Positions 63,821 through 64,000 of a stretch of DNA of 64,000 bases are shown here, piece after piece. Positions within the stretch are counted from its first letter, which is position 1. Every line of letters begins with the position of its first letter. Origin of the DNA: Eledone cirrhosa (taxonomy: Eukaryota); assembly GCA_964016885.1 (NCBI GenBank), contig OZ024740.1, forward strand, positions 263,004,001 through 263,068,000. Reading direction: 5' to 3'. Under the pieces are notes generated by a model, which saw only the letters and a list, made by a program, of their open reading frames with translations, made no database searches and was not told where the DNA came from. A program made the position numbers and the translations under genes.

Positions 63821-64000
63821 ATAGTAACAACACTAACAGCATCAGTAACAACACCAGTAACAACAACAGTAACAACACCAGTAACAACATCAGTAACAAC
63901 ATCAGTAACAACAACAGTAACAACAACAGTAACAACAACAGTAACAACATCAGTAACAACATCAGTAACAACAACAGTAACAACAATAGTAACAACAGTA

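Larger units (their letters stand above)
1..64000 (+). repeat. Tandem satellite/minisatellite array of the 12-bp unit GTAACAACA[A/T/C]CA (~5,300 units), running off both window ends
   Basis: Seen directly on every line: GTAACAACAACA, GTAACAACATCA and GTAACAACACCA interspersed, with occasional 9-, 15- and 18-bp units (ACA slippage) and rare 11/13-bp units. No unique sequence and no inverted segment seen. Confidence 0.99.

Noticed and set aside
50-63995. Minus-strand poly-Leu and VVT[V/D/G] ORFs
   Set aside because: These are reverse-complement readings of the same repeat. Poly-Leu of thousands of residues is implausible and acquires stops where one mutation allows (e.g. 4731, 11752, 14290). 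The VVT frame is stop-proof by codon composition. The variable base is non-synonymous in every open frame.
1-64000. Predominance of 3n length variants (9, 15, 18 bp) as evidence of reading-frame selection
   Set aside because: Expected from slippage in the internal (ACA)n trinucleotide. Frameshifting 11-mers and in-frame stops were amplified freely.
1-64000. CRISPR-like or diversity-generating repeat/spacer array
   Set aside because: There are no unique spacers (the variable part is one base), no leader, and no cas, reverse transcriptase or recombinase gene. The variant order is copied in large blocks, as expected from duplication.
1-64000. Telomerase-synthesised telomeric repeat (minus strand TTACTGGTGTTG resembles GGTGT-containing yeast telomere units)
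   Set aside because: Only one of the three variants has GG. Multi-kb duplications of the variant order imply recombination-based amplification and not templated addition. A subtelomeric location cannot be excluded from this window.
1-64000. Identity with the Drosophila dodeca satellite (11/12-bp units)
   Set aside because: Only a short ACCAGTA similarity and the unit length are shared. Dodeca is GC-rich with a GGG/CCC run that is absent here.

Overview
The whole 64 kb is one uninterrupted tandem array (about 5,300 units) of the 12-bp repeat GTAACAACA[A/T/C]CA, all in one orientation. The + strand is roughly 50-58% A and 25-33% C, with one G per unit. I find no unique sequence, credible gene, RNA gene, mobile element or CRISPR array. 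The giant ORFs (SNN[N/I/T], poly-Leu, VVT[V/D/G]) are by-products of the repeat. Rare variant units used as landmarks reveal a nested higher-order structure: 12-bp monomer, then a ~2.3-2.7 kb landmark module, then 1,794-bp and ~6.46-kb tandem duplications, then a ~21.7-kb super-unit in three tandem copies (6.5-28.2, 28.2-41.0 and 41.0-62.6 kb). The middle copy has an ~8,956-bp internal deletion. The first ~6.5 kb is more degenerate and differently patterned. The best interpretation is a eukaryote-type, recently amplified satellite or minisatellite-variant array, possibly of PTS-mucin-like origin. I cannot support a new gene system here, and the organism cannot be determined. Coordinates were read by eye, so block boundaries are approximate (a few units).
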